A stretch of 64,000 nt of DNA, taken from IMG/VR virus record IMGVR_UViG_3300022660_000043, one strand, 5' to 3'. Below, piece by piece: positions 39,082-49,767 of the stretch; within the stretch, counting starts at the first letter, position 1, and every line of letters starts with the position of its first letter. The DNA comes from a virus. Taxonomy: Duplodnaviria; Caudoviricetes. The position numbers were made by a program, and so were the translations under genes. The notes under the pieces are model-generated. The model was not told the DNA's origin. It saw only the letters and a program-made list of their open reading frames with translations, and searched no databases.

Positions 39082-39285
39082 TCAGCAACTTTCTTTCTGC
39101 TTTTCTTCCAAAGCTTTATCGATCATATCCCTAATTTCTAATAAGCGTTCTGCAGGGCAATCTAATACTAATTCAAAGTTTTTTGGTACGGCTATTAAAT
39201 CAACACCAACCTTATTTTGAATTACTTTAAACAGCTTCATAAGGTTTTCTTTTGGTAGAGAATCATCATAGTACAGAATGTTCAT
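39082..39285 (-). CDS. Hypothetical protein
   Basis: 67-aa coupled ORF. Confidence 0.6.
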   Translation of the reverse strand: MNILYYDDSLPKENLMKLFKVIQNKVGVDLIAVPKNFELVLDCPAERLLEIRDMIDKALEEKQKESC

Positions 39286-39685
39286 AAGTTATCTCCTTAT
39301 AAAACGGATCTTCAGAGTACTCATAATAATCATCTGCCTCAGAACAGTTATACCAACAAAATTCAACAACACGAATTGCTGAAAATTCAGCTGCCGGCAT
39401 AATCTGAGCAAAAAGCCGAGCAAAAACATTAAACTCAGTTTGATAAAGCTCACGCACTTTGCCCCACTCGCCGTCATTGGCGTCATATTCACGCTCAATT
39501 ACAAAATCAATAAAAGTGCTCTCAGTAGGAGCAAACTGAAATTTGCCTACTTTACCATACTCAAATAAACTCTTAAAATTTTGTTCACAGTACTCTCTAG
39601 CAGCATCAACATCCTCAAACCTATGCTGCCAACCTGTTTTTTCATAAGGAATTCTCAATACCTTTTCTCTTACATAAGTACTCAT
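39266..39685 (-). CDS. Hypothetical protein
   Basis: 139-aa coupled ORF. Confidence 0.7.
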   Translation of the reverse strand: MSTYVREKVLRIPYEKTGWQHRFEDVDAAREYCEQNFKSLFEYGKVGKFQFAPTESTFIDFVIEREYDANDGEWGKVRELYQTEFNVFARLFAQIMPAAEFSAIRVVEFCWYNCSEADDYYEYSEDPFYKEITYEHSVL

Positions 39686-40242
39686 GTTCTAGCCTCCTTA
39701 ACAAAAGTTGCACTTTCATCTGCTACATGAAGAAGCCAAGCCAGAGGGCAATGCTCCCAAGCAGCTGCAATTACATTATTCTCTCCGTCCCAGGTGCCCA
39801 TATGACAATTAATTGATACAGCTTCCTCTGGAAGAAGTCTAATAAAGTTCTGCAGAATAAATACAGACTTACTACCATGTCCACCGTAATGAAGCTCTTC
39901 ATTATGAACATAAGCATCATATGTCTCCCACTTACCCTGAGCATCCTTACGATACTTAACTTCCTTGCCATACATATTTACTTTACACAAATCATGAAAC
40001 AAGGAAATAATAACAAGACTCTCTTCAGAAGCATTGATCTCAGGATAAATAGCAATCAAACGCTTTAACTCATTATATACATTAAGGCTATGTTCAACAA
40101 GTCCACCTTCATAAGCACCGTGATACCGAGTGCTTGCTGGGGCAGTAAAGAAATCACTGTTCTCAAGCCAAGCAAGCAACTCTGGCATTCCTGGTCTCGT
40201 AATAGATTGACACAACGAAATAAAAGTTTCTTTATTTGTCAT
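39682..40242 (-). CDS. HD-domain phosphohydrolase
   Basis: APASTRYH, GGLVEHS, HDLCK, HMG, AD. Confidence 0.9.
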   Translation of the reverse strand: MTNKETFISLCQSITRPGMPELLAWLENSDFFTAPASTRYHGAYEGGLVEHSLNVYNELKRLIAIYPEINASEESLVIISLFHDLCKVNMYGKEVKYRKDAQGKWETYDAYVHNEELHYGGHGSKSVFILQNFIRLLPEEAVSINCHMGTWDGENNVIAAAWEHCPLAWLLHVADESATFVKEART

Positions 40243-41052
40243 TTAGCTCTCCTTGGGAAGAAATCTCTCAATATAGTTTCGGTCCTGTGTAAAAATAGGA
40301 CATTCTTTATCAATATACCACTCAGATCGTGCTGCTCCATTACGCTCTACAGATCTCTTATAGCAACAAACACCACGCTTAAACTCAATAGGCATATCAT
40401 TGAAATTAATACCCTTCTGCCACAACATCTCCTGAATATCTGAAGTAGACTTCTTGTGCAGCTCCTTATGACTAAAGTGTGTTTGTCCAAGCATCTGAAT
40501 GGCATTACGAGTAGCATCTTCTTGCCTCCAGATATACACGTTACAAACTTCTGAGGTAGGAATGCTGAAGCAGCGAGCATCAAACATTGCACCCTTATCC
40601 TTGGCCTTCAGCAGTTCAATAGAATAGTTATCAAGAGTTTTGCCGGCAGTATACTCATTAACATAAGTTCTGAAAGCCTTATTGAAGTGCAAGGTAGCCA
40701 TAGAAGCAGCAATAGAGCACATCTTTTGCACACCGTATCCAAACCAAGCATCAGTATTAATAGTGTCGTAATCAGTCAACAGAAGTGAAATTTCGTCGCT
40801 CTGTGTATATCCAAACTTACAACCCTGGATATTTTTACAAAGATACTGCAAGGTAGAATTCATTGCCTTATGGAAAACCTCGTCATAAGGCTTTTGAAAA
40901 TTCTTACAAAATGAATGAAAACATTTGCCGTCGATTCGAATCACCACAGGAAGCCTTCTGGTAAGATAAGTCTTAGCTCTATTTTCATAATTATTTTTCA
41001 TTCTATCGCCGAGCGAATCTTTTTTATTTGCCATAACATAATTGCCTTTCAT
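40243..41052 (-). CDS. thg1: tRNA-His guanylyltransferase / Thg1-like 3'-5' polymerase
   Basis: RIDGKCFHSF, YTQSDEISL, FDAR, WRQEDATRN, KRG motifs. Confidence 0.95.
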   Translation of the reverse strand: MKGNYVMANKKDSLGDRMKNNYENRAKTYLTRRLPVVIRIDGKCFHSFCKNFQKPYDEVFHKAMNSTLQYLCKNIQGCKFGYTQSDEISLLLTDYDTINTDAWFGYGVQKMCSIAASMATLHFNKAFRTYVNEYTAGKTLDNYSIELLKAKDKGAMFDARCFSIPTSEVCNVYIWRQEDATRNAIQMLGQTHFSHKELHKKSTSDIQEMLWQKGINFNDMPIEFKRGVCCYKRSVERNGAARSEWYIDKECPIFTQDRNYIERFLPKES

Positions 41053-41172
41053 TATTTAATTTTATTTAACTCTTTTATGATTACGTGAAGCCTCTCCAAT
41101 ATGACATTTGTGTTCTGCAGATAATGGGAGCTTTCCTCTTAGCCAACCAAGCGCCAAATATGTAAAAAATTA

Positions 41173-41409
41173 TTAATCTCGTCTTTTGTTAGCTTTACAG
41201 ATAGCTCTAACAATTCCGATAAAGACACCTACAATAAAAATTACGATACAAACCGCAACAAAAAGTGCAATAGGAATCCAAAGAGGTGCTGTTACCCACC
41301 ACCAGGACCAATTAATTATATTACAAAGTTTAAGAACCAGAAAAACAATAAAAACCAAACCACTGAGGGTAATACCACCACCAGCGCTAACTCCACTTTC
41401 TCTATTCAC
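41173..41409 (-). CDS. Small membrane protein
   Basis: LKLCNIINWSWWWVTAPLW motif. Confidence 0.75.
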   Translation of the reverse strand: MNRESGVSAGGGITLSGLVFIVFLVLKLCNIINWSWWWVTAPLWIPIALFVAVCIVIFIVGVFIGIVRAICKANKRRD

Positions 41410-41414
41410 AGCTA

Positions 41415-41819
41415 TTACCTCGTTCTAAATTTACCAAAAGGCAAAGTAGCCCAACGAATAATACACTGTCTGCAAGTCTCTTGGTCTGTATTCTCATCCT
41501 CAGTTGCCTGGCAAACATAATCCTTAACATCTGGCGGGCACTTATCCGCTACTGCAAGCTCAAGAGCTTCCAATAGTCTCTTAGACTTTGCAGTATCGGG
41601 TCCGGCTACCTTAGCTGCCCAGTTTCTAAAGCACTGCGCACAGATCTCTTCCTCAGAACCCTTAGCATTAGGGTCTTCACAAAGGTAATCTACATTTTCA
41701 GGTGGACAGTCTTCTCCAAGAGCAGATCTGAGTACATCATACAAATGCTCCTCTCTTGCAGTATCAAGAGAATAATCATACATTTTATCCTTAATAGGAT
41801 CAAGCTCTGATCTAATCAT
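41415..41819 (-). CDS. Cys-rich protein with internal duplication
   Basis: Two CPP...C...CxxC..W repeats. Confidence 0.7.
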   Translation of the reverse strand: MIRSELDPIKDKMYDYSLDTAREEHLYDVLRSALGEDCPPENVDYLCEDPNAKGSEEEICAQCFRNWAAKVAGPDTAKSKRLLEALELAVADKCPPDVKDYVCQATEDENTDQETCRQCIIRWATLPFGKFRTR

Positions 41820-42238
41820 TCTTTATCAATCTCCTTCTTAGATTTATCACAGGTACAAAAATAGTCAGCTGGGATCTCTGCAATAGTTTCATCTGCCTTA
41901 TTTAATATCCAATAGGTATAACTATTTTTAACAGTCTCAAACTTAAGTACAGCAGTATCAGCATTTGTACTAATAATCTCAAGCTTTTCAATAGCTATCG
42001 GTCTAATATGTCTATGGTACTTACCTTTGCCGTCTACATATTCAAAACGAGTGATAGGCTTGGAATAGGGAGCACTATTAATAACCTGAACATCAGAAGT
42101 AAGTTCAACTCTATAGGTATCAGAGCTCTTAAGCAAAAACCTAAGAGCCTGATCCCTAAGATCACTTAAATTAAGTGCTTCCTGTAGATCTCTATAGTGT
42201 TGTTCACTAAGGTCCCGCCAATATTTCTTAGTTCTCAT
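41816..42238 (-). CDS. Hypothetical protein
   Basis: Coupled ORF (MRTKK start). Confidence 0.7.
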   Translation of the reverse strand: MRTKKYWRDLSEQHYRDLQEALNLSDLRDQALRFLLKSSDTYRVELTSDVQVINSAPYSKPITRFEYVDGKGKYHRHIRPIAIEKLEIISTNADTAVLKFETVKNSYTYWILNKADETIAEIPADYFCTCDKSKKEIDKE

Positions 42239-42239
42239 A

Positions 42240-43658
42240 TTACATCTCCGCAAGGACATCCTCTGCTACGTCAGCAGTAGACTCGGCAAGCTTCTCGCCA
42301 ATAATTCCCTCAAGAACCTTGAAAGAGAAATTTTTATGCTTGAAAGCAGCAAACTTAGGACGGTTTACGATACGTACCACTACACCCTCACGAGTATGGG
42401 TCTTGCCAACAGGATCAGGACCATCGAAGTAGTCCTCAGCGCAACGCATAATCATATCTCCAAGCTCACCATCGCCAATAAGGTAATCATGATCATAGCC
42501 ATTAGGTGCAGTGAAATGAAGTCTATCCTCAGAAAGAGTAGCCTTACCAAATACAAGAACAGTCTTTACACCCATCTGCTCACAACGGTAACGCATGAAG
42601 TCAGGAGTATACTCTACAACCTCTCCGTCCTCGTTAGTCATAGTCATACGATATACGTAGATATCTGACTGAGGCAGTGCATTTTCAACACCAATTTGGT
42701 TATGCTCTTCATCAAGATAATACCCAACACCATTAGGAGCACAGCCATAGGAGAACACAGTCTCCTTACCATACTGCTTTACAAAGTCTTTACCAAGCTT
42801 CTCGTTATTACCATTACCCATGATAGGTGCTCCAGTGTGAGTAAAGCCTACGACCTCGTAATAAACAGTCTCACCCTTCCAAAGCTTTCCTACAAAAGTA
42901 TCATGATGCTGCTTACGGAACTCATTAGAGCCATAGAAGCCGCCATCAAAAGTATCGAGTACTACACGACGAGTACCAGATACATAGCCCCAGTCATATA
43001 CAGGCTTACCAGGTCTATGAAGAATACGATCCATAATAGATCTCTTATAACCAGTAAGTACCTTCAAATGGCCAGTACGCTGGGAAGTACCATGCATCTT
43101 AAGAGAAAGCTCAAGCTCATCGCCAACCTTGAAAGCTCCAAGATTATACGCAAGCTGCTCAGTATCTGCATGCTCTGCAAAGGTAGGTGCAATAGGTGCC
43201 TTAAACTTACGAGTATGATTACCCTCAGATACATGACCTCTACGTGCCTGAGTACGAGGGATGTACTTAGTGCAAATCTCCTCACCATTAAATACATCAA
43301 TACGGTCTCCTACTCTAAGGGTAGAGATATCACCAAAAGACTCAAGACAATGGAGAGGAAGGAAAAGACCATCAGACTTCTCGCCTCTAAGCTTAATAGC
43401 AGTTACATTTCTCTTATCAGGATCCATGTAGCCACCAATATTATTGCCATCAGCATCCTTCTTTCTAAGAAGGTTATTAGCCTCAGCAAACTTCACAGAA
43501 AGCTGGCCACCGGTAGGGAAATATACACCAAGTTGGCCCTCAGTATAATCAAGAGATACGCAAACAGTGTTACCGAACACATCAGCAAGCTGCAAACGAT
43601 CTGCATTAGGATGCTTTCTAACATCCTTCAAAGTAGTTACAATAGCATAATAACTCAT
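42240..43658 (-). CDS. ATP-dependent RNA ligase with N-terminal tRNA-binding OB fold (DRB0094-like)
   Basis: HPNADRL, KLRGEKSDG, KMHGTS (motif I), YYEVVG, EGVVVR, FKHKN. Confidence 0.88.
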   Translation of the reverse strand: MSYYAIVTTLKDVRKHPNADRLQLADVFGNTVCVSLDYTEGQLGVYFPTGGQLSVKFAEANNLLRKKDADGNNIGGYMDPDKRNVTAIKLRGEKSDGLFLPLHCLESFGDISTLRVGDRIDVFNGEEICTKYIPRTQARRGHVSEGNHTRKFKAPIAPTFAEHADTEQLAYNLGAFKVGDELELSLKMHGTSQRTGHLKVLTGYKRSIMDRILHRPGKPVYDWGYVSGTRRVVLDTFDGGFYGSNEFRKQHHDTFVGKLWKGETVYYEVVGFTHTGAPIMGNGNNEKLGKDFVKQYGKETVFSYGCAPNGVGYYLDEEHNQIGVENALPQSDIYVYRMTMTNEDGEVVEYTPDFMRYRCEQMGVKTVLVFGKATLSEDRLHFTAPNGYDHDYLIGDGELGDMIMRCAEDYFDGPDPVGKTHTREGVVVRIVNRPKFAAFKHKNFSFKVLEGIIGEKLAESTADVAEDVLAEM

Positions 43659-43690
43659 AATAATGTCTCCTTTATTTTTACTTCATTTAA

Positions 43691-44590
43691 TTATACATTG
43701 TGCCAGTGTACATTTTCAAAGTCTGCCACAAAAATAAGATGATTTCTTTCTAAATAAATATTTTTAAAGTCTTCAAAATAAGAGGTATTGAATCCAAAAG
43801 TAGAAGGCATGTCAACAAAGAATCTTGCAAGCGGGTCAATGTGCCCTTCATACGTATAAAGCTTTGCAGGACATACCTTACCAAAGCGTTCGAGGTAACT
43901 TCTACAGAAATTACGGTATTGATGCTCAGGCATGATTACATAACAGGGAAATTGCTCGGAATCCTTAATCATCTGCTGAATCCAAGCAGTTTTTCCGCAT
44001 CCTCGACCTGCACGGAATTTATGTACTCTAGCAAAAGGAGGACGACCAAAACGACCTCTTACAAGCTCTTTAACTAGAATATAAAACTCTTTCCAGGAAC
44101 CTACTCGATAATCCTGCACAGTAGAATTCTGATTATAAGGTGCATCAAAAAGAACCTTAATCCCCTGACAACCTACAAGATTGTGCTCTGCATCATCGAG
44201 AATAATGTCGCAACGAATAAGTGACTTATTATAAGTAATAATTACATTCTCTTTATCTAAAAATGGAAAATGAGCAAACAAGCACTTCTTAAGCTTATAA
44301 GGCAAAGTCTTATAATGTGAACTTGTAATGACATAGATCTCGTGACCTTCTTGCATCAAACGTGCTACCACATCTACTGCCTCTGGTTTAATCTTTACCT
44401 CATCCCAAAACTCAGGTGTGTTAAGAGGTTCAAAAAGATCTGCCTTAGACAAAAAAGGATAGCATTTAGCGAGCTCCCAATCTTTAACCTCGTCAACTGC
44501 TACCGACCTACCATGCTTTCTATTTAGCCACTCAATCCAAGTATCAAGCATGCTATTAATAGTGCTGTCAAAATCAATTCCGATAACCAT
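43691..44590 (-). CDS. 5'(3')-deoxyribonucleotidase (HAD) with C-terminal P-loop-like extension
   Basis: IDFDST, IILDD, FDAPYN; AGRGCGKT in the C-terminal part. Confidence 0.85.
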   Translation of the reverse strand: MVIGIDFDSTINSMLDTWIEWLNRKHGRSVAVDEVKDWELAKCYPFLSKADLFEPLNTPEFWDEVKIKPEAVDVVARLMQEGHEIYVITSSHYKTLPYKLKKCLFAHFPFLDKENVIITYNKSLIRCDIILDDAEHNLVGCQGIKVLFDAPYNQNSTVQDYRVGSWKEFYILVKELVRGRFGRPPFARVHKFRAGRGCGKTAWIQQMIKDSEQFPCYVIMPEHQYRNFCRSYLERFGKVCPAKLYTYEGHIDPLARFFVDMPSTFGFNTSYFEDFKNIYLERNHLIFVADFENVHWHNV

Positions 44591-44617
44591 TTTATATTTT
44601 TCTCCTTATTAAAGGTT

Positions 44618-44736
44618 TGGCCCAAGACCCAGGACTTGAACCTGGACGCTACCCTGATCATTGATAGCTGATCTATTCCGACCTGCGTCTACCGTGATAG
44701 GACTTACCAACCTGCCTATACTTCCGCCAGCCTTGG
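44618..44736 (-). ncRNA. tRNA-Leu-like RNA with D-loop hairpin insertion and abnormal anticodon arm
   Basis: CCAAGGC/GTCTTGG-GCCA; GCGGAA[insert]GGTAGACGC; T arm CCAGG-TTCAAGT-CCTGG. Confidence 0.65.
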
Positions 44737-44748
44737 ATATAAAAATTA

Positions 44749-44809
44749 GGGGTCATTATGAGATTTGAACTCATCAAGGCGTCCCTCGCTCACCTAAAAG
44801 CAATGACCC
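44749..44809 (-). ncRNA. Minimal tRNA-like RNA (about 60 nt)
   Basis: GGGTCATT/AATGACCC stem, T arm ATGAG-TTCAAAT-CTCAT, shrunken D and anticodon arms. Confidence 0.6.
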
Positions 44810-44826
44810 ATACAGCAAAAATTTAA

Positions 44827-44918
44827 TAGCTGTTCGTCTAACTCCATTTACTACAGCTCCTGTACCCAAGCATGACGCATTCTCAAAGCGTTTCTTGCAT
44901 CTTGGCTTTGTGGCACTA
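44827..44918 (-). ncRNA. Family B scaffold RNA copy 3
   Basis: UAGUGCCACAAAGCC...AGCUGUAGUAAAUGGA...GAACAGCUA. Confidence 0.75.
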
Positions 44919-44939
44919 TTAAATTTAATACAGATAGGG

Positions 44940-45056
44940 GTGAAGGAGATGGGATTTCGTTACCCACAACACACCCGATATTTACTCAGGCCGCTCTTAT
45001 TACTTATCGCTCTTTACCTCAAGCTTTATAACTTCGCAATTGGCGTACTCCTTCAT
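44940..45056 (-). ncRNA. Degenerate tRNA-like RNA
   Basis: TGAAGGAG/CTCCTTCA stem, D-like CGC-CAATT-GCG, T-like GTGGG..CCCAT. Confidence 0.45.
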
Positions 45057-45416
45057 TTGGGTTGCATGCAAAAAACTTATTTTATTCGTTCAGAAAAAAC
45101 AAGCAAAAACTCCTAGCTGTCAATACTTGACAAATCGTATATAGCTGCTTCCGAGCCGCCAGAAGCACCGCTAGTACGTCTCTAAAACCCAGTCATAACC
45201 GCCTACTGACTGCTAGCGCCCACTTTTCTCTAGACCTTCCCACCTTAGTCCTACACAGTTCCTTCTCATCAATCCCAGTAGATAAGCGGATCTACTGCTG
45301 TGCCCACAAATTTAGGTTGCGCTCTCCCTACAGCTTATAAACTGTTGGGCGGAGTATCCTCACAAAAATCAAAAATCATTAAAATAAGGTCTCCTTCCTA
45401 AATAAAAGATTTCAAA

Positions 45417-45979
45417 GAGCTGTTCATCTCACTCCATTTACTACTGCTGCTTCAGGGACACCGCTTTCCGATACAGGCTTGCCTAACGCTCAATCGGCTT
45501 CGTAGCACTCTTTGATAATAAGTCTCTTGTTTTGGCAGTCCAAGCGAAGACTACGGGGAACTTCCCACGTTCAACACCAAATCAGACCCGGCTGTTTAAC
45601 TCTTTCCATTACCACAGCTTCTTACAACCTCACCAAATACTTCGCTCATGATCTCCATATTCAGCGCTTCGTGGCACCCAAGTCTCAGCAACTGTCAAAG
45701 CTCGTTGCACTCTTCCCTTCTGAGTTTGTTTCTCTACGAGTCTCAGCCGGTTGGCGTATTGTTCGTAGTGTAGGCTGGTTTTCGCATTATCCATTTACCA
45801 CAGTTTTCCTCCGTTCATGCTTGACTTCCGGCTTCGTGGCACCTACTTGTGAGCTGTTCATTGCACTCCATTTACCACTGCTCCAGCTTCCGTCTCTTAA
45901 TCCCATATTGGCATTGGCTTCTTAGGCCATCTCTTAACTGCCGTATCTACATTAAGTCCATAGGCTTCGTGGCACTCAC
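45417..45979 (-). ncRNA. Array of four family B scaffold RNAs (45417-45510, 45589-45679, 45770-45846, 45849-45979)
   Basis: Each NNGUGCYACGAAGC-[variable]-GYWGURGUAA(A)UGGA-N7-9-AA(C)CAGCNN; promoter-like TGTATTATATAAT just upstream. Confidence 0.8.
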
Positions 45980-46009
45980 ATTATATAATACAATAGGGAG
46001 CTTAGAAAT

Positions 46010-46725
46010 TTAAGCTCCCTTTTTATAATTTTTCCAATCTTTTTTCCACTGCTTTGAGTATTTGTCAAGAATATGTTCCACAATAACAGCATTACCTTGT
46101 TCTATACCACAAGATCCAGCAAAATACCAATCATCTCCGAGTAAATAATCACAGAGTATGTGTATTGCAGTCTGAGCATTAAGTGGTGGAGGATAAATAC
46201 CATAAGTAGTATCCTCAATATTATCTCTCATTAAGTCAAAGCTCTTGTTGTAAATATAATTCTCTTTCTTTTTCACGCTCCAATACCATCGCTTTCATTT
46301 TTGCTAAATCAGCTCCATCAATATATACAGTTCCACAATTTGCACAAACCAAAGGCTCTACAGAAAAACCAAAATAGCGATTAGTTGTAAGCTTTAAGTA
46401 ACAGCAAGCATCAGTAGCGTCTGATCTAAGCTTTAAAACTTGATTATACCCACAATTAGGACAACCTCTAATATTTGTCATATTTAACTCCTTATCCTGC
46501 ATCAAACATAAGTTCAGGGATCTTAGTAGTCTTCTGTCCAGGTGTAAGATTAAACTCTGTATCAAATCTGAATCTAGGTCTAAAATCACCATCTCCATCT
46601 GCATAAAAACCAACAAGAGAAGAATGTCCTAAACTACCATTTCTTTGAATATACCTCAAAAAAGAACAAAAGTCATCAACCCAGCGCTCTTCCATAGTAA
46701 CTTCAATATTAAACGTTTTTTCCAT
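46010..46725 (-). other. Three small hypothetical genes (about 46010-46230, 46236-46481 zinc ribbon, 46492-46725)
   Basis: Tiled ORFs. Confidence 0.65.
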
Positions 46726-47291
46726 TATACTATATCTCCTATATTACGTACTTCTACTTGACAAGACTGCATTACTCTAAGTGCTGCTACGTGGGCATCC
46801 GGAGTAGTACCGGCACAACAAGAAGCATCGCAGCTAATAACCGTCTTTTCACCCCAAACAGACGCCTTTAAGATAAGCGCATTAGAAACCACACAAATAT
46901 CAGTACAAAAACCAATAAGCTCAATCTCTTCAATAGGCTCTTTTTCAAGCAGCTTCTCCGGTACACACATTTCAACTCTATGATAAAGCTCAAGATCACC
47001 GAAACGGGTCTTAGTTAGCCGCCAACGACCCTCCAAAAACTCTTTAAGCTCAGGCACAATATACCAACCTTCAGTCTCATCAATACAATGCTTAACAGGC
47101 AGGTACTTTCCTTCCATAGTTTTATCATAATCGTCAAAATGTGTATCCTGCGTAAATACTACTTGCCAGCCTTCATCAATTCGCTGCTGAATCTTTTCTT
47201 TAATAACAGGGATTTTAGCCTGAGCTTCAGGATTTGCCAGAGTACCAGTCACAAAATCATTCTGAACATCAACTACCAGTAATACTTTCAT
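46725..47291 (-). CDS. Isochorismatase/nicotinamidase-family cysteine hydrolase
   Basis: VDVQNDF, QDTH, HC, GFCTDICV. Confidence 0.92.
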   Translation of the reverse strand: MKVLLVVDVQNDFVTGTLANPEAQAKIPVIKEKIQQRIDEGWQVVFTQDTHFDDYDKTMEGKYLPVKHCIDETEGWYIVPELKEFLEGRWRLTKTRFGDLELYHRVEMCVPEKLLEKEPIEEIELIGFCTDICVVSNALILKASVWGEKTVISCDASCCAGTTPDAHVAALRVMQSCQVEVRNIGDIV

Positions 47292-47292
47292 A

Positions 47293-47715
47293 TCACACCT
47301 GCTTTACAAGAGCTGCAATCTTAGACTTGTCAAAACGGTTACCAACTTCTTTTGCGGTAAGACCGATTACTTTGCCCGTGTTAGGCTCAGTCTCCTTGAT
47401 ACGCTTAATGATAGTAATAACTTCCTCCTCACTCATCTGCTTAGGAAGATATTGGTCAAGCTCATCAATAATGAACTGAGCTTCAGCATATTCATCATCT
47501 CCAATTGAATAAACTGAAAGAAGATCGTTTCTTTCTTTATATTCCTTTACAATAAGATTAGTAATCTGTTCATCAGTAAGAGGTAATTCAAACTGACCAG
47601 ATTTCTCTGCAACAAGGATTCGTTGTTTAAGATACTCATAACAAGTTCTTTTTTCTGTATCCCTATTCTTGAATGCTTCTTTCCATTTTTCATTAATAGT
47701 TTCTTTCAATGACAT
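47293..47715 (-). CDS. YqeY/GatB-domain tRNA-binding protein
   Basis: MSLKETI..WKEAFK.RD, YLPKQMSEEE, GKVIG. Confidence 0.85.
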   Translation of the reverse strand: MSLKETINEKWKEAFKNRDTEKRTCYEYLKQRILVAEKSGQFELPLTDEQITNLIVKEYKERNDLLSVYSIGDDEYAEAQFIIDELDQYLPKQMSEEEVITIIKRIKETEPNTGKVIGLTAKEVGNRFDKSKIAALVKQV

Positions 47716-47716
47716 T

Positions 47717-49764
47717 TTAATAATCCTCTCTCAATTCCTTTGATATCTTAGGCAAAGGCTTTGCATTCTCTTTCTTTAAAATTTTATTAGGCGTAAATCT
47801 AATATTAATTGTACCAAAACTACAATCTCCCTTACGCCAACCGTCTTCTATGGTATACTTGTTTCGTAGCTCTGTCGCCCATTTATAACCCTGAGCATGA
47901 ATATAATACTCAGAGTCCTTTGAACGACAATAATAAATTTGTGCATCTCCTTCTTTTACAAGAGCAGCCTTAAAAAACCAGCTATGCCAGAGTTTTTTAA
48001 GCCAAATATAAGTATTACCTACTAGTAAAACAATACCTCCAGCAATACCTGCAGAAGCCACAATAGCATTCTCTTCATTATGCTGCCAGATATAATAAAA
48101 GATCAATGAACAAACTTGCCATATAATAATACCAATAATAATTCCAATCCAAATCATAACTTAATCCTCAAATACAAGTCTAGGGTCAGGTTTTACATAA
48201 TGTGTATCTTTAATATCTACGTAGGACTGACTCAAAAAATCATCCTCTAGTAGCTGTTTTTCCAGAGTCTTCAGTTTCTCTCTTAAGTCAGCATTCTCCT
48301 CAAACAAAGCAGTCTCGTGTAGACCATAACGCTGTTGATCAGTCCATAGCTTTGTAAGCACAATAAGCTGAGGCAAATACTCAAGAGCTCCTTTACAATA
48401 GCCTATGAGCTCTTTATCTTGATGAACAGGTGCCTTAGAACACTCCAGGTCTAATAGATTACGCAAGTTCTCTTGCTGGTCTTTTAATCTTATAAGTGAA
48501 TACTTCCCGATCATAGATCATCTACCTTTATAAAAATATCTTTGTAAGCCTCTGCAATATTACCTTGCTCATCTAAAATTCCACAAGCTTGAAGCTTTTT
48601 AATGGCTGCTTGCTTATTAACAAGGCTTGCAGGCGGATTAATGTAGCACCAATACAAAATATTATTTGCACATAGCAGACTAGCAAATAAAGCAGTGTTA
48701 CCCTTAGAAACCCTCAGTACTTTCATTTCAAGCTTATTATATGGATCTGTATAGCAGACCATCATATAATATTCTTTATCAGTATTAATAACGGGCTGAT
48801 CTACAGACAATGCTATCCACTGGAAAGCAGGATAATATTTATTATTTGCAGACGGGCCAAAAGTAGTTTGCTCTACCTCGACGTTTTCTTCTTGTATACA
48901 AGCAGTCCGCTTATATTCATAAAAATCGCACTTACTCATATCGCCACCACAAGAACAGATCTCCGGCTCTTTAACCCCATCACAATAATCCTTACCACTA
49001 TGCAGGTTAAATACCTTACCAGAGCGAAAACAATTACATTTCGCCATTTATTTCACCTCGTCTTTGTTTAATAATTTCAGTTAAAGCATTACTTGCTGCT
49101 TCTTTAGAGAAAAATACAAGTCTGCCAAGGTCATGGCTCGTTACTACGGTTCCTTCATGCTCTCTAGAACACCAAAGTTTTTCAATCTTATCTTTTACGA
49201 ATACTACTCGATCAACTTCATACTCATAGATGTCGTAAAAGCCAGGCATATCAAAAAGAATCCAGCATTTCTCTGGAATAGCCTCTAATCTATAGCCCGG
49301 CTCCTGAGTCTTCTCAAGATACTCGAGCAAATCACCGCAGTCCGAAGAAAAGCTCATAAGATCTACATTCTGTACTTCAATAGGCTTAGTAGCCCAAAGC
49401 TCTCTGCCAGCTCTCTGGCCCTGGAAAAAATCAAATTTACGCACAATCTCAATAGCTTGCTCTTTACTGATCATCTCATAATTCTCCCTCTAAACTGATG
49501 TAGTTCCTCCGGTTTATCAAAGTACTCTTTAATAAGGTCTCTAAGCTCTCTATACAAGGAATTACCTCTCTGAGCCGTACTAGATATAATACGATATTCA
49601 ATAATATATCTATCATGCTCCGTAGTGCCACACTGAAATTCAATTTCAAATGCATTACAAAATTCACCAACTTTTTCAAGCTGCTTCATATGCTTGGCTT
49701 CCCAGGCTTCCATATCAGTTACATCCCAATCCAAACAAAATGCGCCTCTAATAAATCTATCCAT
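47717..49764 (-). other. Five hypothetical genes (47717-48157 membrane, 48161-48514, 48511-49047, 49034-49474, 49471-49764)
   Basis: Tiled ORFs, several with ATGA-type overlaps. Confidence 0.7.
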
Positions 49765-49767
49765 AGT

